Assembly: GCA_963726245.1 (NCBI GenBank)
Contig: CAVSBT010000030.1
Span: 64,001 to 128,000 of the forward strand
Reading direction: 5' to 3'
DNA length: 64,000 nt
DNA from: an uncultured Chloroflexia bacterium
GTDB lineage: Bacteria > Chloroflexota > Dehalococcoidia > DSTF01 > JALHUB01
In this document: positions 1 through 12,756 of the stretch, piece by piece
How the letters are laid out: each line of letters begins with the position of its first letter
Position numbering within the stretch: position 1 is the stretch's first letter
Notes under the pieces: model-generated
Databases searched by the model: none
The model's input: the letters and a program-made list of their open reading frames with translations, nothing else
Told to the model about the DNA's origin: nothing
Position numbers and translations under genes: made by a program

Positions 1-1107
1 GCGGCCTACGCGGCCTTCGCCATCGGAGGCGCGCGCGTCGACCCCGTGGCCGTGCTGCGCGTCGAGGACAGCGCCGGCAACGTCCTGTACGAGGCGCCGC
101 GCGCCCTCGCGCGAGCCGGTGGTCTCGCCCCAGACCGCCTACCTCATCAGCGACATCCTCTCGGACAACGACGCGCGGGCGCCCGCATTCGGCCTGAACA
201 GCCCACTCCGCCTCGACCGGCCGGCCGCCGCCAAGACCGGGACCACCAGCGACTTCCGCGACAACTGGACGGTGGGCTACACGCCTCAACTGGCCGTGGG
301 CGTGTGGGTGGGCAACGCCGACAACAGCCCGATGCGGAACGTGTCGGGCGTCGATGGGGCGGCGCCCATCTGGCGGGACGTGATGCAGACAGCCCTGAAG
401 GGCACAGCCAGCCGAGGGGTTCTCGGAGCCGGAAGGGATCGAGCGGGCGTCCGTATGCCTGCCGTCCGGCCTCCTGCCCACGCCCTACTGCCAGCGGCAG
501 CGCACGGAAGTCTTCGCCGCCGGGACCGCGCCCACCGCCCAGGACGACTACTACCGGCCGGTTCTCGTCTGCGACGCCACGGGCCAAGCCGTGACGCCCG
601 GCGACACGAGCTGCCCCGGCAGCGCCAGCGAGCGCGTCTTCGCCTTCGTGCCGCTGGAGGCCATCCCCTGGGCCCGGGAGGCAGGCATCGCCCTTCCGCC
701 GCTGCCCCCGTACACGACAGCGGTGGATACCACGCGGGGCCGTGGGACACTCACACCCCCGCCTGAAGGCGGGGGCATGGATTCGTCGCCTAATGCCCCA
801 GCCTTCAGGCTGGGGTCTTCTGAGGCCCTGCGGCTGACCTCACCGGCCGACGGCGCGGTCTTCCACCTGAGCCGCGAGCTCGGCCCGGAGGACCAGACGC
901 TGCGCATCGAGGCTCTGCCCGCGACGCCGGTGCGCTACGTGGAGCTCTACGTCGACGGCGCGCTCATCGGCCGCGTGGACGCTGGTCCCTATCGGGCGTG
1001 GTGGAGTCCCAGCCCCGGGCTCCCACCAGGTCCGCGCCCGCGCCGTCGGTCTGGATGGAAACGAGACCTGGAGCGAAACAGCGAACGTTGCGGTCCTGCC
1101 GCCGTAA
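1..1107 (+). CDS. pbpC: Penicillin-binding protein 1C-like, C-terminal part (transpeptidase end plus C-terminal Ig-like domain); partial, frameshifted
   Basis: [30 protein letters not shown] transpeptidase motif (ORF 119-766); [20 protein letters not shown]-terminal domain (ORF 591-1133); adjacent to the A2M gene; TAA at 1105-1107. Confidence 0.8.
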
Positions 1108-1117
1108 GGAGGGAATC

Positions 1118-4100
1118 ATGCTGTCGCGTCTGAAGACCCGCATCCAATCCCTGTCGGTCCTGCTGCGAGACCGCTGGACGCGGCTGGGCCGGCGGCGACA
1201 GGTCGCGGTCGGCATCGTCGGCGCGCTGGTCGTGGCGGGCGGCGTCAGCGCCGCCGTTGTCCTCGGCCTGAGCGGCGGCGGCCTGCCTTCCTGCGACAAG
1301 CCCCTCTGCGCCGAGGTCATCGGCCCCGTGGGGGATGCTGTCCAGCCGATGGCGCCGGTGCGCATCCGGCTGGCCGGCGACCTGAATCGCAAGGCGGCCG
1401 TCGAGGCCCTGCAGATCAGCAACCAGCCGGCGGGCGACAAGCGCTTCGAGGGGGACGTCCTGACGTTCCGCCCGGAGTGGCCCGGCTTCGCCAGAGGCGT
1501 GAGCTACGACGTGGCCCTGGCTCTGCCCTCCTCGGAACTCCCCGTGGGAGCGGAGCCCGTCGACATGAGCTTCCGCTTCACCACCGACGGGAAGCTGCAG
1601 GTCTCGTCGGTCTTCCCCGAGGACGGCACACAGGAGGTGGCGCTGGACGCCGGCATCATGGTGCAGTTCAACCGCTCCGTGGCGCCCCTCACCGTCATCG
1701 ACGAACGCGGGCCGCAAGGAATCATCGAGTTCGACCCGCCGGTCGCGGGCGAGGGCCGCTGGTTGAACACGTCTCTCTACACCTTCACGCCGGCCGCCGC
1801 CGGGTGGGCGCCTGCCGCCCGATACACCGCCACCGTCAAAGCCGGGCTGGCCAACCAGTTGGGGGCCGAGCTCGAGAAGGACTACGTCTTCTCGTTCACA
1901 ACGGTCTCCCCAAAGGTGCTGATCTTCTTCCCGCTGGACAACACCAAGTTCGTGGGTCCTGAAGAGGAGATCAAGGTCGGCTTCAACCAGCCGGTGGACC
2001 GGCCCTCGGCCGAGGCCGGCTTCTCGCTGGTTCCCCAGGGCACGACGAACCCGGTCGCCGGAAGCTTCGAGTGGCTCGACGACCGGACGTTCGTGTTCCA
2101 CCAGGCGCAGCCGCTCGCCCTCGCCACAACGTTCGAGGCGGCGGTCCGCGCCGGCGTCAGGGCCCTCGACGCCACCGCCGCGACAGCCGAAGACGTGCGC
2201 TGGACGTTCACCAGCATCGGGCTGCCTCACGTTGCCTCCACCGACCCCGAGAACGGCAACCAGCATGCCCAGCGCAACGGCGTCCGCATCACCTTCACGA
2301 ACCCCATGGACCAGAAGTCCGTGGAGGACCACATCGTCATTTCGCCCAAGCCGGACAGCGACCCCTACATGAGCTGGGAGGCGACGGGCCTCAACCTCTA
2401 CCTGGGCTTCGATATGAAACCCTCGGCCGTCTACCGCGTTACCCTGAGCACCGACGCCAGGGACCGCTACGGCCAGCCCCTCGTCGAGCCGTTGGACCTG
2501 AGCTTCGTGACCGAGCGGATGCAGCCGGGCTTCAGCATCTTCCGCTCCTCCCGCTCGGGCACGTTCAACGTCTACCTGGACCCGACGATATTCGTTAGCT
2601 CCTGGAACCTGGAGCGCCTGGACTTCGAGCTCTATCGCATCGACCGCAACGGCCTCATCGCGACCGAACGCGAGCCCTACCGGTCGTACACGCCGCCGCC
2701 GACCGGTCTGGTGCGGAAGTGGAGCGAGTCCGTTGAGAACCCACCTCTCGACCAGCCGACCCTCACATCCACGCGGCTGGCACAGGAAGACTCCAAGCTG
2801 CCCGAGGGAGTCTACTTCCTGCGCGTCTCCGCGCCGGGAACCGATGGCTACGACGAGATGGCCATCGTTGTCAGCAGCGTGAACGTCGCCAGCAAGTGGA
2901 CGCGGGACGACCTGCTGACCTGGCTGGTGGACATGTCGACGGGCGAGCCGATAGCCGGACTGCCCTTCCAGGTCCTGGACTCCGCCGCCAACGTCGTCGC
3001 CAGCGGTACGACAGATACGGACGGCCTGGCTCACATCAAGGTGCCGGAACCGCCTCAAGGCAACTACTGGTCGGGCTACTACCTGTCGGCTGAGCAGGGC
3101 GGGCGGACGATCCTGGCGGGCACCGCCTGGAACGACGGCATCGGCCCCTGGAACTTCAGCTCAGACATGAGCTTCGAGTTCGCGCCGCCCGACCTCGTCG
3201 GGTATCTGTACACCGACCGGCCCATCTACCGCCCTGGCGAGACGGTGTACTTGAAGGGCGTCGTGCGCGGGGACGACGACGCACGCTACTCAATGCCCTT
3301 CCGGCCCCACGCTTGCCCTCACGATTCGCGACGAGCAGGGCCGGGTGGTGAACAGCCAGTCTGTCACCCTCTCCGACATGGGAACCTTCGACACGGACCT
3401 CGCCCTCAGCTCCGAGGCGTCGACCGGCATGTACTACGCCTCCCTGACGCAGGGCCAGCCCTCGCCAGACGTCTACCGCCCGGACGTGGCCTACGTTTCC
3501 TTTAGGGTGGCGGAGTTCCGCAAGCCCGAGTTCGAGGTCAACGTCACCACTGACAAGGACTCTTATGTCAACGGCGAGACGATCCAGGCGAGTGTCGCGG
3601 CCGACCTCTTCTTCGGCGCTCCCCTGGCCAACGCCGACGTGAAGTGGCAGATCACGGCGCAGCCGTTCTCCTTCCAGCACGAGGACTACCCAGGCTACAG
3701 CTTCAGCGACTACCAGCGGGACTACCAGTACGACGACTACGGCCCGCGCTACGAGCCCCAGCAGTACATGCGCGGCGAGGGTACCGGCAAGACGGACGCC
3801 CAGGGTCGCTTCAGCTTCAGCGCGCCGGCGAATGTCTCCAGCGACCCGCTGAGCCAGACCTTCACCGTCGAAGCCACGGTCACCGACCAGAACGCGCAGT
3901 CGGTCGCCGAGTTCACGGCCGTCGAGGTGCACAAGGGGAAGTTCTACCTCGGCCTCAAGCCCGAGTCATACGTCGCCTTCGCCGGCGAGGAGACGAAGGT
4001 CAGCCTTGTGAGCATCGAACCCGATGGCAAGCCGGTCGCTAACGTGCCGGTCAAGGTCAGCATCTACGAGCGCAAGTGGCGCACCATCCGTCAGCGCGAC

Positions 4101-7100
4101 CCCGACGGCCAGCAGCGCTACCACAGCGAGCCCGAGGATACCCTTCAGGAGACCATGGACGCCCGCACCGGCGCGGACGGGACGGGCGAGTTCGCCTTCA
4201 CGCCGGCGAAGAGCGGCGAGTACTACGTGGTGGTCGAGGCCAAGGACAGCGCCGGCAACCCCATCAAAGCCTCGGACTTCGTGTGGGCGTCCAGCGCAGA
4301 GCACGCGAGCTGGTCGGTTGGCAACGACGACGTCATCAAGCTTGTCGCCGACAAGGCCGAGTACAGCCCCGGCGACACGGCGAAGATCCTCGTCGCAGCG
4401 CCCTTCGAGGCCAGCCGCGGGCTTGTCACCCAGGAGCGCGGCCGCCTCATAGGCTACGAGCTACATGACTTCCAGACGAACTCCGACATCCTCGAGGTTC
4501 CGATCACCGCCGACCACATCCCCAACGTCTACGTCGGCGTCACCCTCTTCAAGCCGCCGACGGCGGACAACCCGATGCCCCAGGTGAAGTTCGGGCTGGT
4601 GGAGCTCAAGGTCTCCACCGACCAGAAGAAGCTTCGTATCTCGATCGAGCCCGACAAGGACAAGCTTCAGCCCCGCGACACGGTCAAGTACAAGATCACC
4701 ACCACCGACAGCGAGGGCCATGGCGTCCCGGCAGAGCTCTCGCTGGCCATGGTTGACCTATCCGTGCTCTCACTTCAGGACGAATTCGCCCGGCCCGTCC
4801 TCCAGGCCTTCTGGGACCAGCGGCCGCTCGGCGTGCTCACAGGCTCCTCCTTCGCCGTCTCCATCGACCGCGCCAACGAGCTGGCCATCAGTCGACAGGC
4901 CGGCGGCGGCAAGGGCGGCGGCGGCGGCGCCGGCGACCAGACGCGCACCTTCTTCCCCAACACCGCCTACTGGGAACCGAGCCTGCGCACGGACGGCGAC
5001 GGCAAGGCCACGGTTGAGGTGAAACTGCCGGATACCCTCACCACGTGGCGTCTCACCGCCCGAGGCGTCACGACCGACACCAAGGCCGGGGAGGCCCGCA
5101 ACGACATCGTCACGTCCAAGGAGCTGATCGTGCGGCCGGCGGTGCCGCGATTCCTGGTCGCCGACGATCACGCCTTCCTGGGGGCGATCGTCCACAACTT
5201 CAGCGACGCTTCTCTTGACGTCGACGTGTCGTTGACCGCGGATGGGCTGGACGTCGAGGGGAAGGACACGCAGTCGGTGACCATCGAGCCCGGCGAGGAC
5301 GCCCTCGTGCGCTGGGAACGACGGCGCCGCCGGGCCGCGACAGCGTGGACCTCACGTTCAAGGCCGAGGGCGGCGGCAGGTCCGACTCCGTGGGGCTGAC
5401 GCTGCCCCTGTACGGGTTCGTCACGCCCGAGACCGTGGGCACGGCAGGAGAGGTGACGGACGAGGCGTCGGAAGCCATCGAGGTCCCCTACTACGTGCGG
5501 CCCGACGCCGGCGAGCTGACGGTGAGCGTGTCGCCCTCGCTGGCGGCCGGGGTGAACACGGCCATCGACTACCTCAAGGAGTACCCGTGGGAGAGCACCG
5601 AGGTCACGGTCAGCCGCTTCGTGTCGGTCCTGGCCCTCCAGCGCGCCACCGAGCAGCTCGGGCTCAGCGACCTCGGCGCGCCGTCGACCGACGTGGATGC
5701 GCTGGTCCAGCGATCGCTGCAGCGGCTGTACAACTACCAGCACCAGGACGGCGGCTGGGGCTGGTGGTCCGGCGACGACTCGGACCCGGCGATCAGCGCT
5801 TACGTAGTCGCCGGCATGGCTGAGGCCAAACGCGCCGGGTTCAGCGCGGACCAGTACGTCGACGACAGGGCCGCCGCAGTACCTCACGGGCGAACTGGAC
5901 AAGTCGCGCGACGTGCTCACGCCCGAGCTCGACCTGAGCGCCTACATCCTCTACGCGCTGGCCCTTGACGGCCGCGGCGACCTGGGGAGAACCTTCTCCA
6001 TGGCCGAGCGGCGGGCCAACCTCAGCAACACCGCTAAGGCCTGGATCGCCCTGGCCATCAAGCTGAGCGGCGGCGACGAGAAGGACCCCCGCCTCACCTC
6101 GCTCCTCTCCGACCTCCAGTCGGCCGCCATCCCCTCGGCGACGGGCAACCACTGGGAGGAGGCGCAGTACAACCCGGACATCTTCGGCGACAGCACGCAG
6201 ACCACGGCCCAGGTGCTCCAGGCTCTCACCGAGTTCCAGCCCGAGCACCCGCTGGTGGACGGCACGCTGCGCTGGCTGATGGTCGCCAGGAAGGAGGGCC
6301 ACTGGGAGTCCTCCCACGACACGGCCATCGCCCTCCTGGCGATCACCGACTTCATGCTCGTGCGCAAGGACGCGCAGGAGTCCTTCGACTATCGCGTGGA
6401 GCTGAACGGCGACGCCAAGCTCAAGGGTACGGCCGAGGCGGGCAAGGTGAACCAGGAGGATAAGACCGTCATCGACATGAAGGACCTGTTGAAGGACACG
6501 GTGAACGAGCTGAAGCTGACGCGCCAGCCATCCGATGCCGCCGGCCGCCTCTACTACACGGCGCACCTGCGCTACTTCACGCCGGCTGAGAACATCGAGG
6601 CGGCGAACTACGGCATCGGCGTCTCCCACCAGTACTTCCGGGCCGACGTGAACCCCGAAACGCCGGTGACGGAGGTGCAGCTCGGCGACACCGTGATGGT
6701 CAAGGTGACCCTCACGGCGCCGTCCGACCTGAACTTCCTGGTGCTGGAGGACTACCTGCCCGCGGGCCTGGAACCGATCGATACCAGCCTGAAGACGACG
6801 TCCGGCGAGATCCAGCGCCGCCTCTACGAGGAGGAGCGCAAGGCGTACCAGATTCAAAAGCGTTACAGCCCCTTCGGCCACACGGACATCCGGGACAACC
6901 GCGTCGCCTTGTTCGCGCGCTTCGTGCCCAAGGGCGTGTACGAGTACACCTACTTCGCCCAGGCGACGACGCCCGGCGAGTTCAAGCTGGCGCCGGCCAC
7001 GGCCTACGAGCAGTACTTCCCGGAGGTCTGGGGCCGGAGCGACGGCGGCACGTTCGTCGTGCGAGAGGAGGCGGGCGCCTCGCGGGGCCGGCCCCTCGAG

Positions 7101-7307
7101 CCTCCCCAGGTGAGCATCACGGGCGACGCGCCTCCCGACGCCGCGCCGCCATCGCGCGAGGTCTCGACACGGCTTCCGTGCTTCGCTGCCCCCTTGTACT
7201 GCCTGGATGAATCCGAGAGAATGCGCAATCAGGCCCAGAGAGGCAGTGGAAATTGGCGGCGCCTAAAGGGTACAATCTGCTGGGCTGGAAGCAGCCCCTT
7301 GCCGTGA
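1118..7307 (+). CDS. Bacterial alpha-2-macroglobulin family protein with N-terminal TM anchor and Ig-like repeats; split over 4 ORFs by frameshifts
   Basis: YTDRPIYRPGETV (MG2), EFRKPEFEV, FPNTAYW..LPDTLTTWRL, YQHQDGGWGWW, LEDYLPAGLEPI, YFPEVWGRS; AGGAGGG RBS before ATG 1118; exact 3' end uncertain. Confidence 0.92.
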
Positions 7308-7332
7308 GACAGGCGCGAGGTAGGGGAAGCCA

Positions 7333-8169
7333 ATGACACAATCTGAGGCGGTGACAGACGGAAGGTGGTCGCTGGAGAAGTTCGCCCAGAACCCCTTCTA
7401 CCGGGAGATAAACCGTCGCCTGGTTGCCCTGGCCAGTCTGCGACCAGGCATGAAGGTGGTGGACCTGGGCGCTGGCACGGGCGCCGTTACCTGTCTGATA
7501 GCGCAGCACGTCTCCGGGCCCGGCGCCGAGGTGATCGCGCTGGAGCCGTCCCGGACCGCTCTGGAGGTGACGAAACAGAATCTGGCGGACGCCAAAGATG
7601 TCGTGCTGGACTTTATCAGGGGAAGCGCGGAGAACCTCTCTCAGCTAGTTAGACGGCGGCGGCCCGTGGACGCGATCTTCTTCTGCAACGCCATTCACCT
7701 GGTGCAGGAGAAGGGCACCGTTGTCCGAGAGGTATACCGCAGCCTGCGCGACGGCGGCACGTTCTCCTTCAACACCTCCTTCTTCCAGGGGGCCGAGCCG
7801 CCGGAGTCGATGCAGTTCTACCGGCGCTGGATGATGAAGGCGCTGCGCTATCTCCGCGAGGAGTACAACCTGGCCCCTGACAAGGCTCAGCGCGCCCTGG
7901 CCCGCCAGCAGCTCACTCCGGAAGAGTACATCGACCTGCTAGAGGCCAACGGCTTTCGCGTGCGCGAGAAGGAGGTCGTGCCCGTACCCATAACTTTGAA
8001 CGGCTTCAGAGGAATCAGCGAGTACGGGCTGTTCATCGAGGGGGCTATGCCCGGCGTGCCCCTGGAACCGGCCAGCGAGGCCCTCAAGCACGCCGTGGGT
8101 GTAACGTTCGAAGAGCTGGGACTTGAGGCCTCGCCCCGCAACTGGCTTCTCGTCGTGGCGGAGAAATAG
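7333..8169 (+). CDS. Class I SAM-dependent methyltransferase
   Basis: VVDLGAGTG motif I; ALEPS; DAIFFCNAIH. Confidence 0.85.
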   Translation: MTQSEAVTDGRWSLEKFAQNPFYREINRRLVALASLRPGMKVVDLGAGTGAVTCLIAQHVSGPGAEVIALEPSRTALEVTKQNLADAKDVVLDFIRGSAENLSQLVRRRRPVDAIFFCNAIHLVQEKGTVVREVYRSLRDGGTFSFNTSFFQGAEPPESMQFYRRWMMKALRYLREEYNLAPDKAQRALARQQLTPEEYIDLLEANGFRVREKEVVPVPITLNGFRGISEYGLFIEGAMPGVPLEPASEALKHAVGVTFEELGLEASPRNWLLVVAEK

Positions 8170-8267
8170 CCGAAGGCTCGGTACCCCCGTAGAAGCCCCT
8201 CTGGTTGAGACCCCGTGGCTGACAATGGCCGGCCCAGCAAGCCTGGCCCTATAATGGCCTGGGTTCA

Positions 8268-8948
8268 GTGAAGAAGATCCTCGTTGTCGATGATGAGCCC
8301 ACGCTGGTAGCAACGCTCAAATACAACCTGGAGCGCGAAGGCTACCAGGTGTTCACCGCCTCTGACGGTGAAGCAGGCCTGTCTCTGGCACGCGCCAGCC
8401 ACCCCGACTTGATTCTTCTCGACCTCATGCTGCCCGTTCTCGATGGCCTCGAAGTCTGCCGCATCCTTCGCCGCGAGACGGCAGTCCCGATCCTAATGCT
8501 CACCGCGAAGGTCGAGGAGGTGGACAAGGTGGTAGGGCTGGAGCTGGGGGCCGACGACTACGTCACCAAGCCCTTCAGCACGCGTGAGCTCCTCGCTCGC
8601 GTCCGTGCTCTCCTCCGCCGCGCCGAGACGGCGCCCGCAGCCGAGGCGGAGCTCCTGACCACGGGCGATCTTCAGGTAGACCTGCGACGGAGGGAAGCGT
8701 CGAGGGACGGCCGGGCGCTGGCCCTCAAGCCCAAAGAGTACGAGTTGCTGCTTTTCTTGGTGCGGAACCGCGGCCGCGCCTTCACCCGCGAGGAGCTCCT
8801 GAGCCGCATCTGGGGATATGACTTCGCCGGCGACTCCCGTACTGTCGACGTCCACGTCCGCTGGCTGCGCCAGAAGATCGAAGAGGCGCCGGCCAGCCCC
8901 ACGCGCCTGATCACGATCCGCGGCGTCGGCTACCGGTTCGAGGCGTAA
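8268..8948 (+). CDS. phoP: OmpR/PhoB-family response regulator (PhoP-like)
   Basis: Receiver [24 protein letters not shown] plus winged helix [16 protein letters not shown]; upstream of the pst operon. Confidence 0.85.
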   Translation: MKKILVVDDEPTLVATLKYNLEREGYQVFTASDGEAGLSLARASHPDLILLDLMLPVLDGLEVCRILRRETAVPILMLTAKVEEVDKVVGLELGADDYVTKPFSTRELLARVRALLRRAETAPAAEAELLTTGDLQVDLRRREASRDGRALALKPKEYELLLFLVRNRGRAFTREELLSRIWGYDFAGDSRTVDVHVRWLRQKIEEAPASPTRLITIRGVGYRFEA

Positions 8949-8950
8949 GG

Positions 8951-10250
8951 ATGGATGCCCGTTCCATCCTGATCGTCGTTATCACCGCAGCGGTGGTGGC
9001 CGCCGCCCTGGGCCTCGCGGTTGGCGGCACCATCCTGCGGCCGCTGGGCCGCCTGACGCGGGCCGCCCGTGGCATAGCCAGCGGCAACCTCAGCGAGCGG
9101 GTGAGCCCGCGGCCTTCCGGAGAAGTGGGCAAGGTGGCCGACGCGTTCAACCAGATGGCCCAAACTCTACAAGATATGGTGGAGGAGACGGCTCGGGAGC
9201 GTCACCGCCTGACGGCCGCCCTCAACAGCAGCATCGACGCGGCGGTGGCGGTGGATCCGGAAGGGCGGGTGACCTTCGCCAACGTCGCCGCGGAGCGCCT
9301 GTTCACGCGCTCTCAGAAAGAGCTGATGGGCAATCCCTTCGCCTGGATCCTGCCTGACGAGCAAGTGATAGAGGCGCTGCGATCGAGCCGCGAGCAAGGC
9401 CGGCAAGAGACGCGCCTCGTCGAGAGGCCGAATCGCCAGCACCTTCAGGTCATCACGGCGCCCATCGTCGGTGGTGGCGACTGGGCCACCCTGGTGGTCT
9501 TCCACGACCTGACCGACGCCCGGCGAGTCGAGCAAGTGCGGCGGGACTTCATAGCCAACGTCTCCCATGAGCTCAGGACGCCGCTTGCGTCAATCAAGTC
9601 AGTGGTCGAGACGCTGGAGTCGGGCGCGTTGAACGACCAGGCCATCGCCCGGGAGCTGCTCTCACGGGCAGACGGAGAGGTGGACCGGCTGGTGCAACTG
9701 GTGGAGGAGCTACTGGAGCTATCTCGCCTGGAATCCGGGCAAGCGCCGCTCGCCCGGGAGCCGGTGGACATGGAGGCCGTCCTGACCAGGGCGGTCGAGC
9801 GACTCACGGCCCCAGGCGGCGAAGCGGGAGCTACACCTCACCCTGGAGGTCGCTCCGGGCCTGCCCCCCGTCACCGGCGACGCCGAGCGACTGGAGCGAG
9901 TGGCCGTCAATCTCATCCATAACGCCCTCAAGTTCACCCCGGCCGGCGGCTCCGTCCGTGTGTCGGCGGGCCTGGTGGGCGGCGCAGTCACCGTCCAGGT
10001 GAGCGACACGGGCAGCGGCATCGCCCCCGAAGACCTGCCGCGCATCTTCGAACGCTTCTACAAGGCGGACCGCGCCCGCAACCAGCCGGGCGCCCGGACG
10101 AGCGGCAGCGGCGGCACCGGTCTCGGCCTGGCCGTGGTCAAGCACACGGTCGAGGTCCACGGCGGCACCGTCGCCGTCGAGAGCGAGCTCGGCCGGGGCT
10201 CCACGTTCAGCTTCTCGATTCCTCTGGCACCTCCCTCCCCGGAGGGTTAG
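8951..10250 (+). CDS. phoR: PhoR-like sensor histidine kinase (HAMP-PAS-HisKA-HATPase), frameshift near 9810
   Basis: FIANVSHELRTPL H-box; NLIHNALKFT, DTGSGI, GTGLGLA in ORF 9900-10250. Confidence 0.85.
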
Positions 10251-10371
10251 GGGTCTGTTGGCAAACCCAAGTGGGCCGCTCCTGGTTCGACAGGCTCACC
10301 ATGAGCGGATTCTGAGAACCGCTCGTCCTGAGCCTGTCGAAGGGCGGGCGGCTGCTTCTTCAGCAGACCCT
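10251..10371. repeat. REP/MITE-like nested palindromic element
   Basis: Outer imperfect IR GGGTCTGTTG/CAGCAGACCC; inner IR TTCGACAGGCTCA/TGAGCCTGTCGAA; inner GAGCGG/CCGCTC stem. Confidence 0.7.
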
Positions 10372-10438
10372 TAACTCCCCCGTCTTCACGCTCCGCCGCC
10401 TCTGGCGATGAGCGCCGGCAACCACGAGAGTCCCCAAC

Positions 10439-10482
10439 TTTTACCGCTCGTTCATCCGCGTTAACAACCCGTTAAACGAGAG
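10439..10482 (+). promoter_or_regulatory. Putative PHO box (tandem 10-11 bp direct repeats) upstream of pstS
   Basis: TTTACCGCTCG TTCATCCGCG TTAACAACCCG TTAAACGAGAG; resembles GTTCA/TTAACA Pho-box units. Confidence 0.55.
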
Positions 10483-10551
10483 GCATTATCGTAACAACTA
10501 ATAGAGGTTGCAGGGAGCAATCATCTCAAAGGAGGAAACCCTTGACGCAAA

Positions 10552-11749
10552 GTGCACACAAGACCAGCGGCGGAAAGGCGTGGTAGCAGGCTGCCCACGC
10601 TCCTGGCGGGTATCCTGGTCCTGGGACTCGTGGGGCTTCTGCTCGCCGCCTGCGGCGGGAGTGACAACAACAGCGGCTCGGCAAGTCCCACAGCCACGCG
10701 GCCGGCGGGCAGCCAGCCATCGCCGAGCGCCCAGGCAGCGACGTCCTGCCCGCCCCCAGGAGCGGCGACCTCACTCACGGGCGCCGGCGCCACCTTCCCC
10801 TTCCCCCTGTACTCCAAGTGGATCTCCGAGTTCGACAAGCAGTGCAACGTCCAGATCAACTACCAGTCCATCGGCTCCGGGGGCGGCATCAAGCAGATCA
10901 CCGCTAAGACAGTAGACTTCGGGGCCAGCGACGGCATCATGAACGACGAGCAGACGGCCGCTGCTGAGGCCGCCGGGGGGCCCATCCTCCACATCCCGAT
11001 GACGGTCGGCGCAGTCGCCGTGGCATTCAACCTGTCGGGCGTCCAGAGCGGCCAGCTCAGACTCGCCCCCGACGTCCTGGCGGACATCTACTTGAAGAAG
11101 ATCACCAAGTGGAACGATCCCCGCATCGCGGCCGACAACTCGGGCGTCAACCTGCCGGACACGGACATCGCCGTCGTTCACCGCTCCGACGGCTCCGGCA
11201 CGAGCTTCATCTTCACCAACTACCTGTCCAAGGTGAGCCAGGAGTGGAGCGACAAGGTGAGCTACGCCACGTCGGTGCAGTGGCCGGGCGATATCGGCGG
11301 CGAGGGGAATGAGGGCGTGGCCAACCAGGTGCGCCAGAATCCCCGGCGCCATCGGCTATGTGGAGCTAGCGTACGCCGTCCAGAACAATCTGCCCTGGGC
11401 TGCGATTCGCAACAAGAGCGGCACGTTCGAGGAGCCCAGCCTGGACGGAGCCACGGCCGCGGCCACAGGCATACCGCTGCCCGATGACATGAAGGTGCTC
11501 CTGACCGACTCCTCGAACCCCAACGCCTACCCCATCGTAGGGTTCACATGGATACTTGCCTACGTGAACCAAAGCGACCAGGCGAAGGGCCAGGCGCTGG
11601 TCTACTACCTGTGGTGGTCCATTCACGACGGCCAGCAATTCAACAAGGACCTGCTCTACGCGTCCCTCTCGCCGGAAGCAGTGAAGAAGGCGGAGGCGGA
11701 GATCAAGTCGATCAGCTACCAGGGGCAGCCCCTGCTGCAGGTCCCCTAG
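10552..11749 (+). CDS. pstS: Phosphate ABC transporter substrate-binding lipoprotein, frameshift near 11341
   Basis: Lipobox LLAAC; GAGATFPFPLY, YQSIGSGGG, HRSDGSGTS, IGYVELAYA. Confidence 0.95.
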
Positions 11750-11769
11750 CAGGGTGATGAGGACAAGAA

Positions 11770-12756
11770 GTGCGGCCAGGGAGAGGCGGCTCAACAACGG
11801 CGCCAGCCATGGCGAGGCGTAGGCGCCGGGGCTTCGGCAACTGGAGCGACGCCCTATTCAGAGGCATCTTCGCTGGGATGGGGCTCTCGGTGCTGGCGCT
11901 GGCTTTCTTCCTGACCTACGAGCTGGTGCTCCAGTCGCGCGAGTCAATCAGCGCCTTCGGCTGGGGCTTTCTCACCGGCACGCACTGGGACGCGGCGCAT
12001 CGGGTGTTTGGGGCGGCGCCCGCCATCTACGGGACGGTCATCAGCTCCCTCATCGCCCTCGTCCTGGCGGTACCTGTCAGCCTGGGAGCGGCCATCTTCC
12101 TCTCGGAGATGGCGCCACCCTGGCTGCGGACCCCCCTGTCCTTCCTCGTCGAGATGCTGGCGGCAATCCCCAGCGTCGTGCTGGGGCTGTGGGGTATCTA
12201 CGTCTTGAATCCCTGGGTGGGGGACTTCTTGGAGACGTCGACGCTCAGCCATCTTAGCTTCATCCCCCTTTTCCGTGGGCATATCTTCGGCGGTTTTGGA
12301 ATGCTGTCGGCCGGCCTGGTCCTGGCGATCATGGTCCTGCCCATCATCACCGCCATCAGCCGGGACGTGATGCAGGCCGTGCCGGCAAGCCAGCGGGAGG
12401 CGATGGTGGCCCTGGGTGCCACCAAGTGGGAGGTCATTCTAGGGTCCGTGCTCCCGTATTGCCGGTCGGGCCTGGTGGGGGCGGTCATCCTCGGCCTGGG
12501 CCGGGCCCTTGGCGAGACGATGGCGGTCACGATGGTGATCGGCAAGGGCTACAACATCACCGCCGCTCTGTTCGAGCCTGCCAGCACCGCCGCCAGCACC
12601 CTGGCGAGCGAGTTCAACGAGGCCACGTTCAGCCTCTATACCTCTGCGCTGGTGGAGCTCGCGCTCCTCCTCATGGGCATAACCCTCCTGGTGAACGTAC
12701 TGGCCAGGCTTCTGGTATGGCGGGTGGCCCGCTCGCCGGAGCTGATCGCGGAATGA
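11770..12756 (+). CDS. pstC: Phosphate ABC transporter permease PstC
   Basis: EMLAAIPSVVLGLWG, LGLGRALGETMAV. Confidence 0.95.
   Translation: MRPGRGGSTTAPAMARRRRRGFGNWSDALFRGIFAGMGLSVLALAFFLTYELVLQSRESISAFGWGFLTGTHWDAAHRVFGAAPAIYGTVISSLIALVLAVPVSLGAAIFLSEMAPPWLRTPLSFLVEMLAAIPSVVLGLWGIYVLNPWVGDFLETSTLSHLSFIPLFRGHIFGGFGMLSAGLVLAIMVLPIITAISRDVMQAVPASQREAMVALGATKWEVILGSVLPYCRSGLVGAVILGLGRALGETMAVTMVIGKGYNITAALFEPASTAASTLASEFNEATFSLYTSALVELALLLMGITLLVNVLARLLVWRVARSPELIAE

Noticed and set aside
989-3058. 689-aa minus-strand ORF and similar long antisense ORFs (59464-61080, 56969-57904)
   Set aside because: Overlap well-supported genes on the other strand; typical of high-GC DNA
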